Source: Podarcis pityusensis
Taxonomy: Eukaryota
Reading direction: 5' to 3' (one strand)
DNA: 64,000 nt
Assembly (NCBI GenBank): GCA_964106645.2
Contig: OZ067051.1
Positions 26,160 to 38,755 of the stretch are shown here, piece by piece. The notes below the pieces were generated by a model. It was given only the letters and a program-made list of their open reading frames with translations, made no database searches and had not been told where the DNA came from. A program made the position numbers and the translations under genes. Position 1 is the stretch's first letter, and each line of letters opens with the position of its first letter.

Positions 26160-28239
26160 GCCCACCCATCTGGCTGGGTAGCCAACACATCCATGTTTGT
26201 TTGTTTGTTTTTAAATTTGTCTTTTAAAGACATTTCTCATGAATGAACTGAATGTACTAGCTCATCTGAATCAGCTGGCAATAACTTTCAAATTTGTAAC
26301 AAAGCCAACATGAGGATAAGTTTCATCTGCTCTTTGTTGCCATTGCCATCTCCTTTCCTGTTCCTTCTGTGGTTTCCTGTACAGAGCCATGTACATTGAT
26401 GGTGTTGAATAAATAATAATGATTTAAAAACTAATGGTAATCATGGGTTCCCTCTTTCCGAACAACCCTGGAACCTTTTACAATTCCCATGCCACTTCAT
26501 GGACTCTGCAAATGACTTCATTTCTGGAAACTGATCTAAGCACACAGCTATCACAGTCAAAATAAGCCACAGGGTTCCCTCTTTCTGGACAATCCTGGAT
26601 TCCAAGACCTCCTCCCGGTTATGCACAGATCTCTTAGAGCTATAACTGTAAAATCCATAATAAAATGGGAAAGATAATCTAAAGCCCCTTTGGTCCAGCA
26701 ATAAGCATACAAACTCATCCTAGATTAAATGACACAACTGTGTTGATTTGGGAAAGAGGAAGGTGCTAAAGGGACCATGAAACACATTGAGAATATTAAA
26801 TCCATTACAAATCTGTATCATTTACACTCTTTTGTATCTGCTTTGAACATAAGCAGCCATCCTATACTGAGACAGACCTTTTGTCTATGAACCTCAATAC
26901 TGTCTACACTGATGGACAGTGGAACTCCAGGATTTCCTGCAAGAATGTCCCCGATTCTATCTGGAGATGCAAGTGATTGAATCTGGGACCTCCTGCATGC
27001 AAAACAAAAGCTCTACCACTGAAATTTGCTCAATGGTGGCTCAGAGACCTGCTGACATAGCATGCTTCCCTCCTCCTCTTGGCAAGGGCTTCTGCACAGC
27101 ATGCAATGTCCTCGTCATGATTAGATAGGAAAGATATCAACCAGAAAGGTTTGATGCCTCAAAGACTGTGTGGTTGGGATTTGAACATAGGAACATAAGG
27201 AACTGCTTGATTCTGAGTTTGCATAGCATCGATCTAGCAAAGTGTTGTCTGCTCTGACCAGAAGCAACTTTGCAGGATTTCAGACATGGGTCTCTCCCAG
27301 ATCTACCTGGAGATGTCCAGAACTGAATCAGGGACCTTCTGTATGCAAAACATGCTCTGCCACTGATCTATGGTCTTTCACCTTGACAGAATATGGGGTG
27401 TTCAGAGAGTGCCCTCTTGGCAATCCTTCACTGCCTAGCCCAGGGCTCACTGAGATGCAAGGCAAGCCACCATAGCTGTTCACTGAGCCTCCTCCTTCCC
27501 AAAGGACCTTCCTTCCTATCTCTCCCCAAACCTCCCAACAAACTGCCTGTGGAGCTACTCTTCAGCTCACAGCAGCTCAAAAGCAAATGCCTCTATCCTT
27601 TTCCAGGAACCTAGCAACATGAGAGGCATGTCAACTGGAAGGGAAAGCTGGAAAAGACAAGTGGCGCTGATGCATGTCCTACTGCCACACAGCCCCCAAA
27701 CCCACCCCTGCCACCCGCCCCAGCATGCAGAAATATAAGAGACAACAAACTGAAGCAATAGTTGGAAGGGAGAGGAGATAAGCAGGATGGGGTGGGAAGG
27801 AGAGGGGAGAGGTAGCAACCAACTGATCTAGGATAAGTATTCCCTTGGCTCCTCCAATCAGTATTTCAGCCAGATTCCAAAGAAGAAACTTATCCTTCAC
27901 TGCAGTTAAGACATAAAAGAGAGACATAAAAGAGTAACCCACAGTGGACCTCAACATTGGCTGGGGGAGAGCTGGATTCAACTTTGTGCTTCACCATGAA
28001 CTCACTGTGTGGTCTTCAGGCAAGTATCTCTCTGTCATCTTTGTTGGCCTTAGGTCTCCAACGTATCCAAAACAGGGATAGACATTATCTACCACAATAG
28101 GATCAAAGGGAGGATTGCGAAGTATTCTGTACACGGAAATGTGCAGTATAAATTAGCATGAAGGGCAATAAGGAAATGGACAGATTTGGGCCTGTGTGCG
28201 TGTGTGTACACATATATATAGGTCTATCTGAATGGCTGG

Positions 28240-29411
28240 GTTGCTCTTCCTTTTTCTCAGACTTCCTCCACTGAGATCATGGCTTCCAAGCCACCCTGTT
28301 TGGAACCGACGGCTACATTGAGGTTATGGTGGTGAATGCTGGATCTGTGTGGACACACAGAAGTGGTGGGATCCAGGGGGTTGTGCCAAGGCTGTCCTCT
28401 CCCCATATGCCTTTTCCCTGGATGGTTCTTGTAGACGACTGTTCGGGACCTTGGCAACATTCCTAGGACTCTGGTTCATTCACTATTATTTTTATATATG
28501 TATAAAAAACTGAAACAGGTAAATAAGGGGAGCAGGAATACTACATCCATTCTTGTTTCCTTGTGGTCTAGTGGCTATTTTCTGTTTCTGGTTTGTTTGT
28601 TTGTTTGTTTACCCGTAGGTGATGATCCTTTCGAACTGTATATGTTCCAATAACGAAAAACAAAACTGTATAAAGTCTACACATGTGAAAGAATCAGCAA
28701 ACTGGGGCTTTTTTGGAACAGCATCTGTCCCCAAATGCTGAAAGTAGAAGTCGGGTCTGGGTGGGGGGGCAATACGAAGGTGGTTGGGGGTCAGTAAAAG
28801 GAAGTTCTTCCAGGGGGCATCACCCTGGATCAGAGCCCAGTCTTTGCCAGTTCTGCACCAGGGGACGGAGCCCACAAAGTGCAGCTACAGATCAGGCACA
28901 GTCTCGCCAGTTTTTAATTTAATTTAATTTTTTTTTTTTTTGGCGGGATTATCTCTTAGCGTTCCCAAGTGGGTTGAGCTCCACCCAGCAACTGGAACCA
29001 AAAGAGCGCAGTAGGATTCACAGTTCCACACCTTGAGTTAAAAGATCCTGTTTTCCCTTTTTCTTTTTTTTGTTCCTTTTTAATACTGTAGGTTCTTTTT
29101 CCTCCCTCGCTCTCTCCTTTTTTCTTATAATGCCTTACATTTTCCTGTAATGGCAGCTTCTGGTGGGAGGTGAATATATCTTTCTCTCTATATATATTAT
29201 CTCTAGATATATATATATGTAAGCCAAGCTGCTTTACAGGTGGGTTGTCAGGACCTTTCTGTTTGAAGTTGTAATTGTCTTTTTATTTGTTCAGTGTTGT
29301 ACGTGTAGCAGGCACTTGAGTTTATATGAATATGTTGGCTTGAGGTCAAGGGAGAGGTAGGGAGGGGGAGAAGAAGGGCAGAGCAACGGTGTTGGAGGAA
29401 AGGGACCGCTG
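28240..29411 (-). other. NTRK3: NTRK3 proximal 3' UTR
   Basis: Directly follows the stop codon. Free of recognisable repeats, with A/U-rich and (TA)n stretches typical of 3' UTRs. Lower boundary is arbitrary. Confidence 0.7.
29282..29287 (-). terminator. Candidate proximal polyadenylation signal AATAAA
   Basis: tttatt on + at 29282-29287, about 125 nt after the stop codon. Downstream GU/U element is weak. Confidence 0.45.
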
Positions 29412-29597
29412 CTAGCCAAGGATGTCCAGGTAGATTGGTGTGGCTTTGCCCAGGGCATGAAGGATCTTGTAGATTTCCTTGATGTTCAGCCGCTGCTGAG
29501 GTTCCCTCTGCCAGCAGCCCAGCATGATGTCGTAAACCTCCTTGGGGCAGACTCGAGGACGCTCCAAGACTCGGCCTTGGGTGATGCACTCGATGAC
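29412..29597 (-). CDS. NTRK3: NTRK3/TrkC terminal coding exon (kinase C-lobe and C-terminal tail)
   Basis: Translates [61 protein letters not shown], the TrkC C-terminus with the PLC-gamma docking YLDILG motif. Acceptor ttgcag|GTC at 29598/29597, TAG at 29412-29414, 186 nt, phase 0. Confidence 0.98.
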   Translation of the reverse strand, partial: VIECITQGRVLERPRVCPKEVYDIMLGCWQREPQQRLNIKEIYKILHALGKATPIYLDILG

Positions 29598-31159
29598 CTG
29601 CAATGCATAACAGAAAAGTCACATACACCCTGAATCATCTTTTTAAAGTTTACCCACCTGAGATGAGCATGTGTGTGATTTAAGCATTTTACAATTATTA
29701 ACAACAATAAACAAAACTGCTCCGGGATTCTTATTTTTTTTTACTTTGAAACATAATATTCTGCAAAAAATGACAATGGTTCTTCTGAAATAAACTCAAA
29801 ACCTCAGTGTCTTAAGGTCAGGTCCACTTGCCCCTCCAGATGTGTTTCTGCTAACTTTAGGGAGAATTCTTTGAATGTGGGCTACTGCTGGATTTTAACC
29901 TTGGTTTGACTAGCTCATATTGTAATATCTGGCTTTCCCGTATGCTGGAAGGGTTGTAGGGTACAAGGAACACACTGGCATAGGGGATTTAACTATATGC
30001 ACAAGTTCTGTAAGTCCAGGCTTTAACAGGAATTAGCATTATTATTGGCAAACGTGTCATTTTGGACCCTAAGTTACATCTTTTATATGCTTTTGATGGT
30101 GCTAATGCCAAACCTATTTGCCAACAATTAATTTTATATCTGCTAGTTGTTGCTCATTACATAATAGCTCAAGGATGGAAGAGCACTTTTTGTTACTCTT
30201 TGGACTTCTCGTTTTAAAAAGTAAAGTTTATTGTCATCCCTGAAAAACTGACCCTTAAGATACATGCTGCCAGGGGCATTGTGGACTCCTCAGAATTTGA
30301 ATCTGCTTGGGGGCTATCTCATGGTTAGCACATTCCTACCAAACATAGTTATCTGGCATCGTTTATGAATATTTGCCATATCTTCTATAAATGTGAAACT
30401 TGTATCCCACCAGGTAATAAATGTTATGCTGTTCATTCTTTTTTTAGCTTCATTTTTTTATCGTGTATTTTTATTCTCCTTGCCTTTATGACTGTTTTTA
30501 TGAAGCATTTTAGTTTGCTGCTTTGTTTATTTAAAAAAAGAAAGGAAAACCTGCTCGAGTTAGCTTTTGTGGGAGGTAAGTATTCTCTTGACAATATTGT
30601 ACAGGGGCCACCTGTTTCTCCAGAATTTATTCCTATATTCTCTTGCCATTCTTACTCCTAGGTAAGATAACTGGGGTGGGGGTAGGATTTGTCAGGCAGC
30701 TGTTATTACTGGTTGCCCCCTCTCCCTTGTCTGAAGCTCAAAAGCAGCACTGCAGTGGCATCCCAATGACCTGACATGCACTGCCAATAGCAGCAGATCT
30801 CAAACAATGCACTGAAGGCAGCCAAACCCAGCGAGGGTGGTCCCCAGAGCTTATTGCTTCTGAATAGTAATGGGCACTGCCACACATTCAAACAGATAGT
30901 TATCATTCCGATGTTTGCATATAAATAGCAAAAAGGGTAGAGAGATTAAGAAACTCTGTGGAACACAAAGAGAAGAGAGAGGGGTGATAAAAACAAGACA
31001 GGCAAACGAAGCTATGTAGTCACAAAGCCAAGAGTGGTGGTGGCTACAGGGAGAGGTGTCTGTCAATGTGATGGCTCCAGCCCTGCTGTTGGATAGCAGG
31101 TACAAGGTTCCAGTGAAATTTCACCTTCCATGAAATGTGAAGTAACCACGCTTAGCTAC

Positions 31160-31725
31160 TTATACTGAATCAGGCCATTGGTCCATCTATCTCAGTATTA
31201 TCTACAGTAGTTGGCAGTGACTTGCCAGGGTTTCAAGCCAAAGTTTCTCCCCTCCACCCTACACACAGACTTACTTGGAGATGCTAGAGATTGAACCTGA
31301 TAGAGGCATGTGATTATGGAGGCCAATGCTTATTGCCCCAACACAGGAAGCTGCCTTATTCCAAGTCAGACCATTGGTCCACATAGTTTCATATTGTCCA
31401 CACTGACTGGCAGCAACAGATTTCCAAGGTTTCAGCCAGGAGACATTCCCTATCTGAGGATGCTGGGGACTGATCCTGGAACCTCCTACAAGCAAAACAG
31501 ATGCTGTACCATTGAGCTATGGTCCTTCCCCAAACACAAGAACATAGGAAACTGCCTTATATTGAGCCAGATTATTAGTCCATCTAACTCAGTACTGTGT
31601 ACACTGGCTGGCAGCAGCTCTCCAGGGTTCTGGGCATTGTTCTCTCCTAACCTCACCAGGAGATGTCAGGGACTGTGCCAGGGGACCTTCTGCATGTAAA
31701 GGAGATGCTTTTCCATGGAGCTACT
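31160..31725 (-). mobile_element. Three head-to-tail copies of a tRNA(Ala-like)-derived SINE
   Basis: Repeated unit GGAAGCTGCCTTA...CCATTGGTCCATCTA...GGAGATGCTGGGGA.TGAACCTGG.ACCT...GAGCTA. Further copies near 1113, 1453, 5590, 7000, 7440, 20118, 26845, 27190, 46570, 55670, 55945 and 63235. Confidence 0.82.
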
Positions 31726-32555
31726 GTTCTTCTAACATTCTAAGCTATGTCCCTACCCACAAGATCTGTAGGTCTTTCAAGAGCATCCCTCACAAACTTC
31801 AAAAGCAAACCTTGAGAATATTCTGAATTGTTTCCAAATGACAAAATTACATCATTTCTTCCCTCAGCTGCTCCTAAGACCAGCTTTTCTGGAAACAGGA
31901 TTGGATATTCCTCCTGCCAAACTCACACATCAAACCTAGGCCAAGTGTTTCCCACAAATGCATGGTGTGTGTGTGTTGTGCATGATATGTTAAATGACAG
32001 TAACAGGCAGCACTGAGAGCACAGAAGGACCTGCATTAGGCATAGAAATAAACACCTTCAATTATTCTCTGTCTACAAATGTTTATCTGGAGAGGAATGT
32101 TTATCTGGAAAGCAGAAAAATGCACACACACACACCCTTTTTTTTTTAAAGGCAGAGCTGAAAATCTAATAGGTACACAGAAGGACAAATCTGAGCAAGT
32201 TTTCATCCCTCACACCTCAGTCAATTTTGCATCTCACACCACATGAGTCGCATCTCCTGCTAAGCCTTACAAGATATTTCTGCAGATACCTCTAAATGTA
32301 GTCTAGCAGTTCTCTCTTAACAGGTTTTTCTCTTCTTCCATAATTCCCTACAAGGTTATTTTATTTTTCTGCGGTTCTAACTGGAAGGATGCTGAAACCC
32401 AGGACTATGGAGGGTGGAATTGGGAAACTTGCTTGCTTGCCACCTGCTCAACTGCTGCATAGATTTCCTACAATTTTCATTGGTCTCTGCCTATCCAAGC
32501 TTTTGGATAGTGGATTGCGGCCTTGTATCCCTTGGCTGTTTCAATGCCTCTGGAC

Positions 32556-32632
32556 CAGCTGGTAGAGCATGAGACTCTTAATCTCAGGATTGTGAGTTCA
32601 AGCCCTACACTGGGCAAAAGCTTCCTGCAATT
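32556..32632 (+). mobile_element. tRNA-Lys(CTT)-derived SINE head fragment
   Basis: CAGCTGGTAGAGCATGAGACTCTTAATCTCAGGATTGTGAGTTCAAGCCCTACACTGGGC matches tRNA-Lys-CTT but lacks the 5' acceptor strand and runs into a CR1-like tail. Confidence 0.75.
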
Positions 32633-32700
32633 GATATTAACTACCCTTGCAGTGCCAGGAGATTGTTTCTGCGTGTGTCCCCCACACCCACCCACTGCTA

Positions 32701-32907
<207 letters not shown>

Positions 32908-33162
32908 TTATTAGAACTGTAAGAGAACAGGCCATAGTCAAGTTCAGCTTTGGGATCATTGAATGCTATATACACACATACACAAATTGAACACTAGTAA
33001 CTCTGGGAGAATGTCTCAGCTACAGTCTTTCTTTCCAAGATGCTAGCTTATTACAGCAAGGGAGGTTTTGAAAATATCCTGGGTAGAGATGGGAGAGGTC
33101 TCCCCAAATTGTCTTGGATTAAACGTGGAAATATACTAGATAGAAAAGTGGATAATCTTGGA

Positions 33163-33485
33163 CAGGGATCAGCAACCTTTTTCAGCCGTGGGCCGGTCCA
33201 CCATCCCTCAGACTTTGTGGGGGGCCAGACTATATTTTGAAAAAATAATAATGAATGAATTCCTATGCCCCACAAATAACCCAGAGATGCATTTTAAATA
33301 AAAGCACACATTCTACTCATGTAAAAACACCAGGCAAGCCCCACAAATAACCCAGAGTTGCATTTTAAATAAAAGGACACATTCTACTCATCTAAAAACA
33401 CACTGATTCCCAGACTGTACAAGGGCCGGATTGAGAAGGAAATTGGGCCGGCCCTGGCCCCCGGGCCTTAGGTTGCCTACCCCTG
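33163..33485 (+). mobile_element. hAT-family MITE
   Basis: TIRs CAGGGATCAGCAACC / GGTTGCCTACCCCTG. Perfect 8-bp TSD ATCTTGGA (33155-33162, 33486-33493). Internal tandem duplication of about 70 bp. Confidence 0.92.
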
Positions 33486-33694
33486 ATCTTGGATCATTTT
33501 CCCCAAGCTAACACAGAAAACGACCCACTTCTATACCTTTTAAATCTCCACCTATTCAGTGTAAGGGAGGATCATTGTTCTATTATACTGAACAGGCGGA
33601 GAAATGAAAAGGCTACAGGGTCAAAATGTGAGAAGGAGGTATCTCTACTCTTGGCTTTTGCCCTTGCAGACTTGCAATTCTGAAGGCTTAGAAA

Positions 33695-34011
33695 TAAGGC
33701 CCGGGGGCTGGATCCGGCCCAATCACCTTTTAAATCTGGCCCACGGACAGTCCGGTAATCAGCGTGTATATACATGAGGAGAATGTGCCCTTTTATTTAA
33801 AATGCTCCTCTGGGTTATTTGTGGGGCCTGCCTGGTGTTTTTACATGAGCAGAATGTGTGCTTTTATTTAAAATGCATCTCTGGATTATTTGTGGGGTAT
33901 AGGAATTCGTTCATATTCCCCCCCCCCAAAAAAAAATATAGTCTGCCCCCCCCCCACAAGGTCTGAGGGACAGTGGACTGGCCCCCTGCTGAAAAAGTTT
34001 GCTGACACCTG
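33695..34011 (-). mobile_element. hAT-family MITE, same family, opposite orientation
   Basis: Reverse complement of the 33163 copy with one TIR lost. TSD GCTTAGAA / GCCTAGAA (7/8). Confidence 0.85.
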
Positions 34012-37000
34012 GCCTAGAAACTTGTGTGAACTCTTAACATATATTAATAACACTCAGATTCTGTGGAATCTTAACAACACGTTCTGCACCTTTCCCTTCT
34101 TGTGCTTCCACTGATTCTTGGCATGGATGCAGCTTGATGACGAGACATAGAAATCTGAAAAGGCATTTGGATTTCCTGCTTTAAATTACTTACTTTTTAA
34201 AGCATGAGCCGATTTTCCTATTATGCCTATTATGGCTATTTTTGTGCTAGGCTTTTCTCTTTTGGCTTGCTCACTCTTTATAAAGTCTATAAAATGGCAT
34301 CAATCCACTTGAAGTCATGGTATGCGCACACGAGTAACTTGCAGCTGCAGTCTTTGGAAGACGAGCCGGCCCTTACATATACTATGGTAATGGGAGCATA
34401 ACAAGGGAGATTAAAAGACTCGTTGTGCTTCTGAAGCAGTGATGTTTGCCCAGCTCTTGAAACATCTGTATCATGGCTCCAGCCCTCTTGGGGATGGCAG
34501 GAGGGAGGAGGAAAATAGTTCTGGGACCAGAGTTTCCTCCCTCCTTTTTAAAAGTTATTTCTGTGCACCAGGTGGATGCATAAAAGCAGAGGGGGAAACA
34601 GCCTGGATTTATGTGTACAAAATGAGCAAAGTCTAGGAAAGATTTTGAAGGCCTGCCCTTGGGATTCAAAGAGAGGTTGCAGAATAGCATGGGCTGAACT
34701 AACAAAGGCCCTGTCTCAAATTCCTTATTTGAAAATAGAGATGTAAAGAGGCATCATTTCCCTCCCAGCCCTTTATTCATGCCACACAGCACTGTTTCTA
34801 TTCCGCTACAGTTAGGTCTTTTGCCAAAAAAATGGCCTTATTCATCTTGTGATGAATTTACAAAACTTTCATAATTAATTAATTAGATTCCACCCGATTT
34901 ATTTACATAGAAAGGAAACACAATGCAGATGAGAGGGCTGGGACTTAATCAAGTCTGTATCATTTACAGCAGCAAATACCAGTTGGATTCGCTGGGTTAA
35001 TTTTCATTCGCAGCATCAAAAGTGAATATCAGCAATTTTTGCCCCCATTTCTCTTTCAGTCAAACTTTTCCAACATCCTTGTTAGAGAACAACATTTCCC
35101 CACCTGGCCAACAGGAAAAGAAGAATCTGATCAGTACTCTTTTTTTGGTCAAGGCTAAGCTATGTCCATAGAGCAGGACCTCTGAAGTTCTGAGTATTAA
35201 ACTGAGATTTACAGTTAATTGATGAATAGACTGCTTAAGACCCCTGGCTTATCAACTGCTATGGACTAAATGACAACTACTGAAGGAAACATCTGAGTAA
35301 ACAGAAAGAAGCTGAAACATTCACAGCTATGTATTGTACTCACTACTGGACTGCACTACAGAGTTTGGGCTCTGCTCCTAAGCTATACAATTAACAAGAG
35401 CTGGGAAGTGATTTATATAATGCGCTTCTTTTTTAAAAAGAGGAAAATAAGCACTGAATATTGGATGGGTTTAGCACTTTGGCTGATTAATTTCATAAGG
35501 GGACAGGAGCAATATTATGCAATCTAAATGTGCACCATGCAAGACTTCTCTTATAGTGCATCACATTCTGCATAGTCATGAGTTACCCTTAATGTTTTGG
35601 ATTATGTTTACAGATGAATCACAAGGACATCAAAATCATTTGAAATGGAATTTGTGCATTCTGCACTTTCTTTAATAGAACTCATAAGCCATGCAGAGGC
35701 AATATTAATTCTGGGGATAATCAAACACATGGAAAAGGAATCGTGTAAGCTAGCCCTGATCCCCAATGCCACACATCAGCCAGGTCATCTGCAGAGAATT
35801 GTGGAAGTGAAGACCTACAAGCTTACCATTTATTAGGGGTGGGCAATTCTGTCTGTTTCACTTTCTCTCCCTTTCTCATTTTCCCCAGGCTTAAATTTAG
35901 TTCTCCATCATTTCCACATCAGTGTACAATAATTTTCAATAATTTTCTTATTGGTTTTCATAACAAAATATAACTAGACAACTAAACATAATCACACACA
36001 CATATAGATTTTGCCAGCTGCCAGGTCTTTTATCCTATCCATGTCTTTATAATACCCATTGCTCTTTCAGTTTCTCTATCTCCTATGTTATTTCAGCAGG
36101 GCTGCATGGAACCATCCTTCCATTGCAATGTCATCTTCTCGAACTAGTGTACTTTTTTATATAAAAGTACTCATGACAATTCATCAGCATGTTCGTGTTT
36201 TTCTTCTTTTAATATACATGTTATTTTCATGGGTGCCTTGGCAGTATATAAAAGCAATAAATAAACAAAACAAATACATGCATTTCATGAATGCAAATCA
36301 CTTTCCCTTGACGGAATGCCTTCTTTTGTATATTTTTTTTCACTAATATATACATTTGCATGCACATCCAGCCTACTATATGCAGGTTTGTAGACATTAC
36401 TTGGCTGGAGAACTGCATTGCAGAAATGTAGGTAAGGGCAAATTTTGAAGGATGGTAGTGTTTCAAGCCACATATAATTTAGGAAAGTGTTGGCTTTTCC
36501 AGTGCAAACTGAATCAAATTTTTCCTGCATCCTTACTGCCTCCATTCAGGCGAATCCCAGTACTGAAAGTGGGATGGAATGATTCATAGAAAGTCATTCA
36601 TAAATAGAAATAAATGAATAAATACAAATGTAAAATGTTTGGGTTCCATTTTTCACTCACTCTGGAACCATCCTACATCTTTCAAGACTTCCCCAGTTCC
36701 TTTCTCTCCCCTTCTCCCACTTCAGTAAATGGAAGAACCAGACTGGAAGACTTGTGAAAGCCAGGAGTGAGGCCAACAGAACTGACCCCACTTCTTCCTC
36801 TGTATAGTTAATTAACAATTATCCTTGGCCTCAAGGGTATCTGCACAGGGCTTTCAAAGTAGGTTTATATCATACTTCTTTAAAGACATGGTTGTTTCCG
36901 ATTGGGAAATTAGTCACCGTTTTGAGAAAGGTAGAAGTGATTCATTGGGACACATGAAATTAATCAAGTTGCAGTGAGTTATGTGCAAGTAATGAATCAA

Positions 37001-37317
37001 GATCATTGCATTCCTACTGGAAGATAAACAGAATAGCATTGTGGGAACCAGCAATGGGAAATGACAGCAGCAAAGCAGGGATGAGAAACAGTTATCCAGC
37101 AGGAATTGTGACATCCACCGATGAGGCAAGTTTTGTTAACAGCGTACAGAATTACACCAGGGGAAAAAAAGAAACCAGAACACATGGGTCAGAGGGTGGT
37201 GTCTGAAACAAGGAGCCTCATATCTACTCATAAAGGCTCTCCATGAGATTTAGAACCCTTGCAAAACCAGAGTCCTGAGTAGAGAACCCTGATTCACCTT
37301 GTGATGCCTTGTTAATA

Positions 37318-37508
37318 CAGTGGTACCTCTGATTAAGAACTTAATTTGTTCTAGAGGTCCGTTCTTAACCTGAAACTGTTCTTAACCTGAAGCACCACTT
37401 TAGCTAATGGGGCCTCCCACTGCCGCCATGCCACTGCTGCACGATTTCTGTTCTCATCCTGAAGCAAAGTTCTTAACCCAAGGTATTATTTCTGGGTTAG
37501 TGGAGTCC
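37318..37508 (+). mobile_element. Truncated Tc1/mariner-type MITE
   Basis: Begins TA|CAGTGGTACCTC with repeated TTCTTAACC motifs. Right end missing. Confidence 0.7.
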
Positions 37509-37639
37509 AACTCAGGAATGTGAGAACCTTCCCTGAATCACCCTGATTCACCTAACAATTCAGGGTACACACAGACAACCCACATCCCAACAAATACCCA
37601 TGCCCGTATCACCTACAGATATTAAGAGGGGGGTGACAA

Positions 37640-38120
37640 ATTGGGGCATTTCTGCTGCATCTAGTATAACACAGACAAGGAGCAGCTATTTATTTAAAGA
37701 AGCTCAATTTATCGAGATTAGCAGTGCCTGTTTGAATACAGCTGATCGATATGTTGTAACAAAAGGAGAACATCAAGGGATGAAACTGAGAATGGGTTGG
37801 CTATATACTCAATACTGAGCAAAAGATTATTATTTTTGTTAGAGCCTTGCAAACATTGTAATAGATTTTGATGCAAGGGAAATTATTTTAGGAGGTGATA
37901 TGAATACGGTCATAGATAATGCACCAGACTGAACTGGAAGAAATAGAAAACCACGAAAATTATTGAACACATAATTTAAGAAAGGAATAAGATATTCGCA
38001 GCTTTGAGAGATATGGAGATGCCAGCGTTTAGAAGTGTGTGTGTAGGGGAAAGACTATCCATTTTCCTTCAGTGCAAGAAACAATAATTCTAAAGATAAG
38101 TATGTTTGAGTAACTGCATA
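37640..38120 (+). mobile_element. Degraded L1-type APE endonuclease relic
   Basis: Disrupted frames give DRYVVTKGEHQG...LY, IILGGDMN and a DIWR-like motif in the order expected for L1 endonuclease. Confidence 0.65.
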
Positions 38121-38419
38121 AATCAAGTCATTTGCATACTTACAAAAAACCTATGTGTGGTTAAGAAAGAACACTGGTAATATAGACCTTCATAAAGTCT
38201 ACATAAATGTGGTGTGCTGTAAGGAAACAATACATTGCTGTTTTAGGGCAATAAGGTTTACATTACAATCTTATACATGTCGGATAGAAGTAAATCCCAA
38301 TAGTAATGTGACAGAGGGAAAGGATCCTATTTCCTTTCATACAAAGTTATTGCCATCAGAGGGGGGTATTTGAATAGGGCCTTAGAGGTGCAGTTTTTAA
38401 TCCCAATGAATCATCAAAG

Positions 38420-38755
38420 GATCATAGAATTGTAGAGTTGGAAGAGACTCTGAGGGTCATCTAGTCCAACCCGCTGCAATGTAAGAATCACAACTATAGC
38501 ATCCATGACACGTGGTCATCCAACCTCTGCTTAAAACTTCCAAGGAGAGTGCACCACCTTCTGAGAGAATCTGTTCTACTGTTCAACAGCTCTCAGGAAC
38601 AGTTCTTCCTGATTTTCAGTCAGGATCTATTTTCTTGTAACTTGAATCCATTGGTTCGGGTCTTACCCTCCCAAGCAGAAAAAAACAAGCTTGCTCCAGC
38701 TTCCACATGGTAGCCCTTTAGATATTTGAAGATGGCTCTCCTATCTCCTCTAAAT
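38420..38755 (-). mobile_element. CR1 LINE 3' end
   Basis: ATCATAGAATTGTAGAGTTGGAAG...CATCTAGTCCAACC followed by antisense ORF2 C-terminal sequence. Confidence 0.85.

Noticed and set aside
29248-29707. Longer alternative-frame ORFs over the terminal exon
   Set aside because: Shadow frames of the real NTRK3 exon.
32556-32615. Possible tRNA-Lys(CTT) gene
   Set aside because: The 5' acceptor stem is missing, the T-arm is mutated and it continues into a SINE tail.
35605-35665. Minus-strand TCCATTTCAAATGATTTTG resembling the 14-aa insert coding sequence
   Set aside because: The frame from the nearest AG hits TGA, there is no suitable donor at 42 nt, and the similarity is short and AT-rich.
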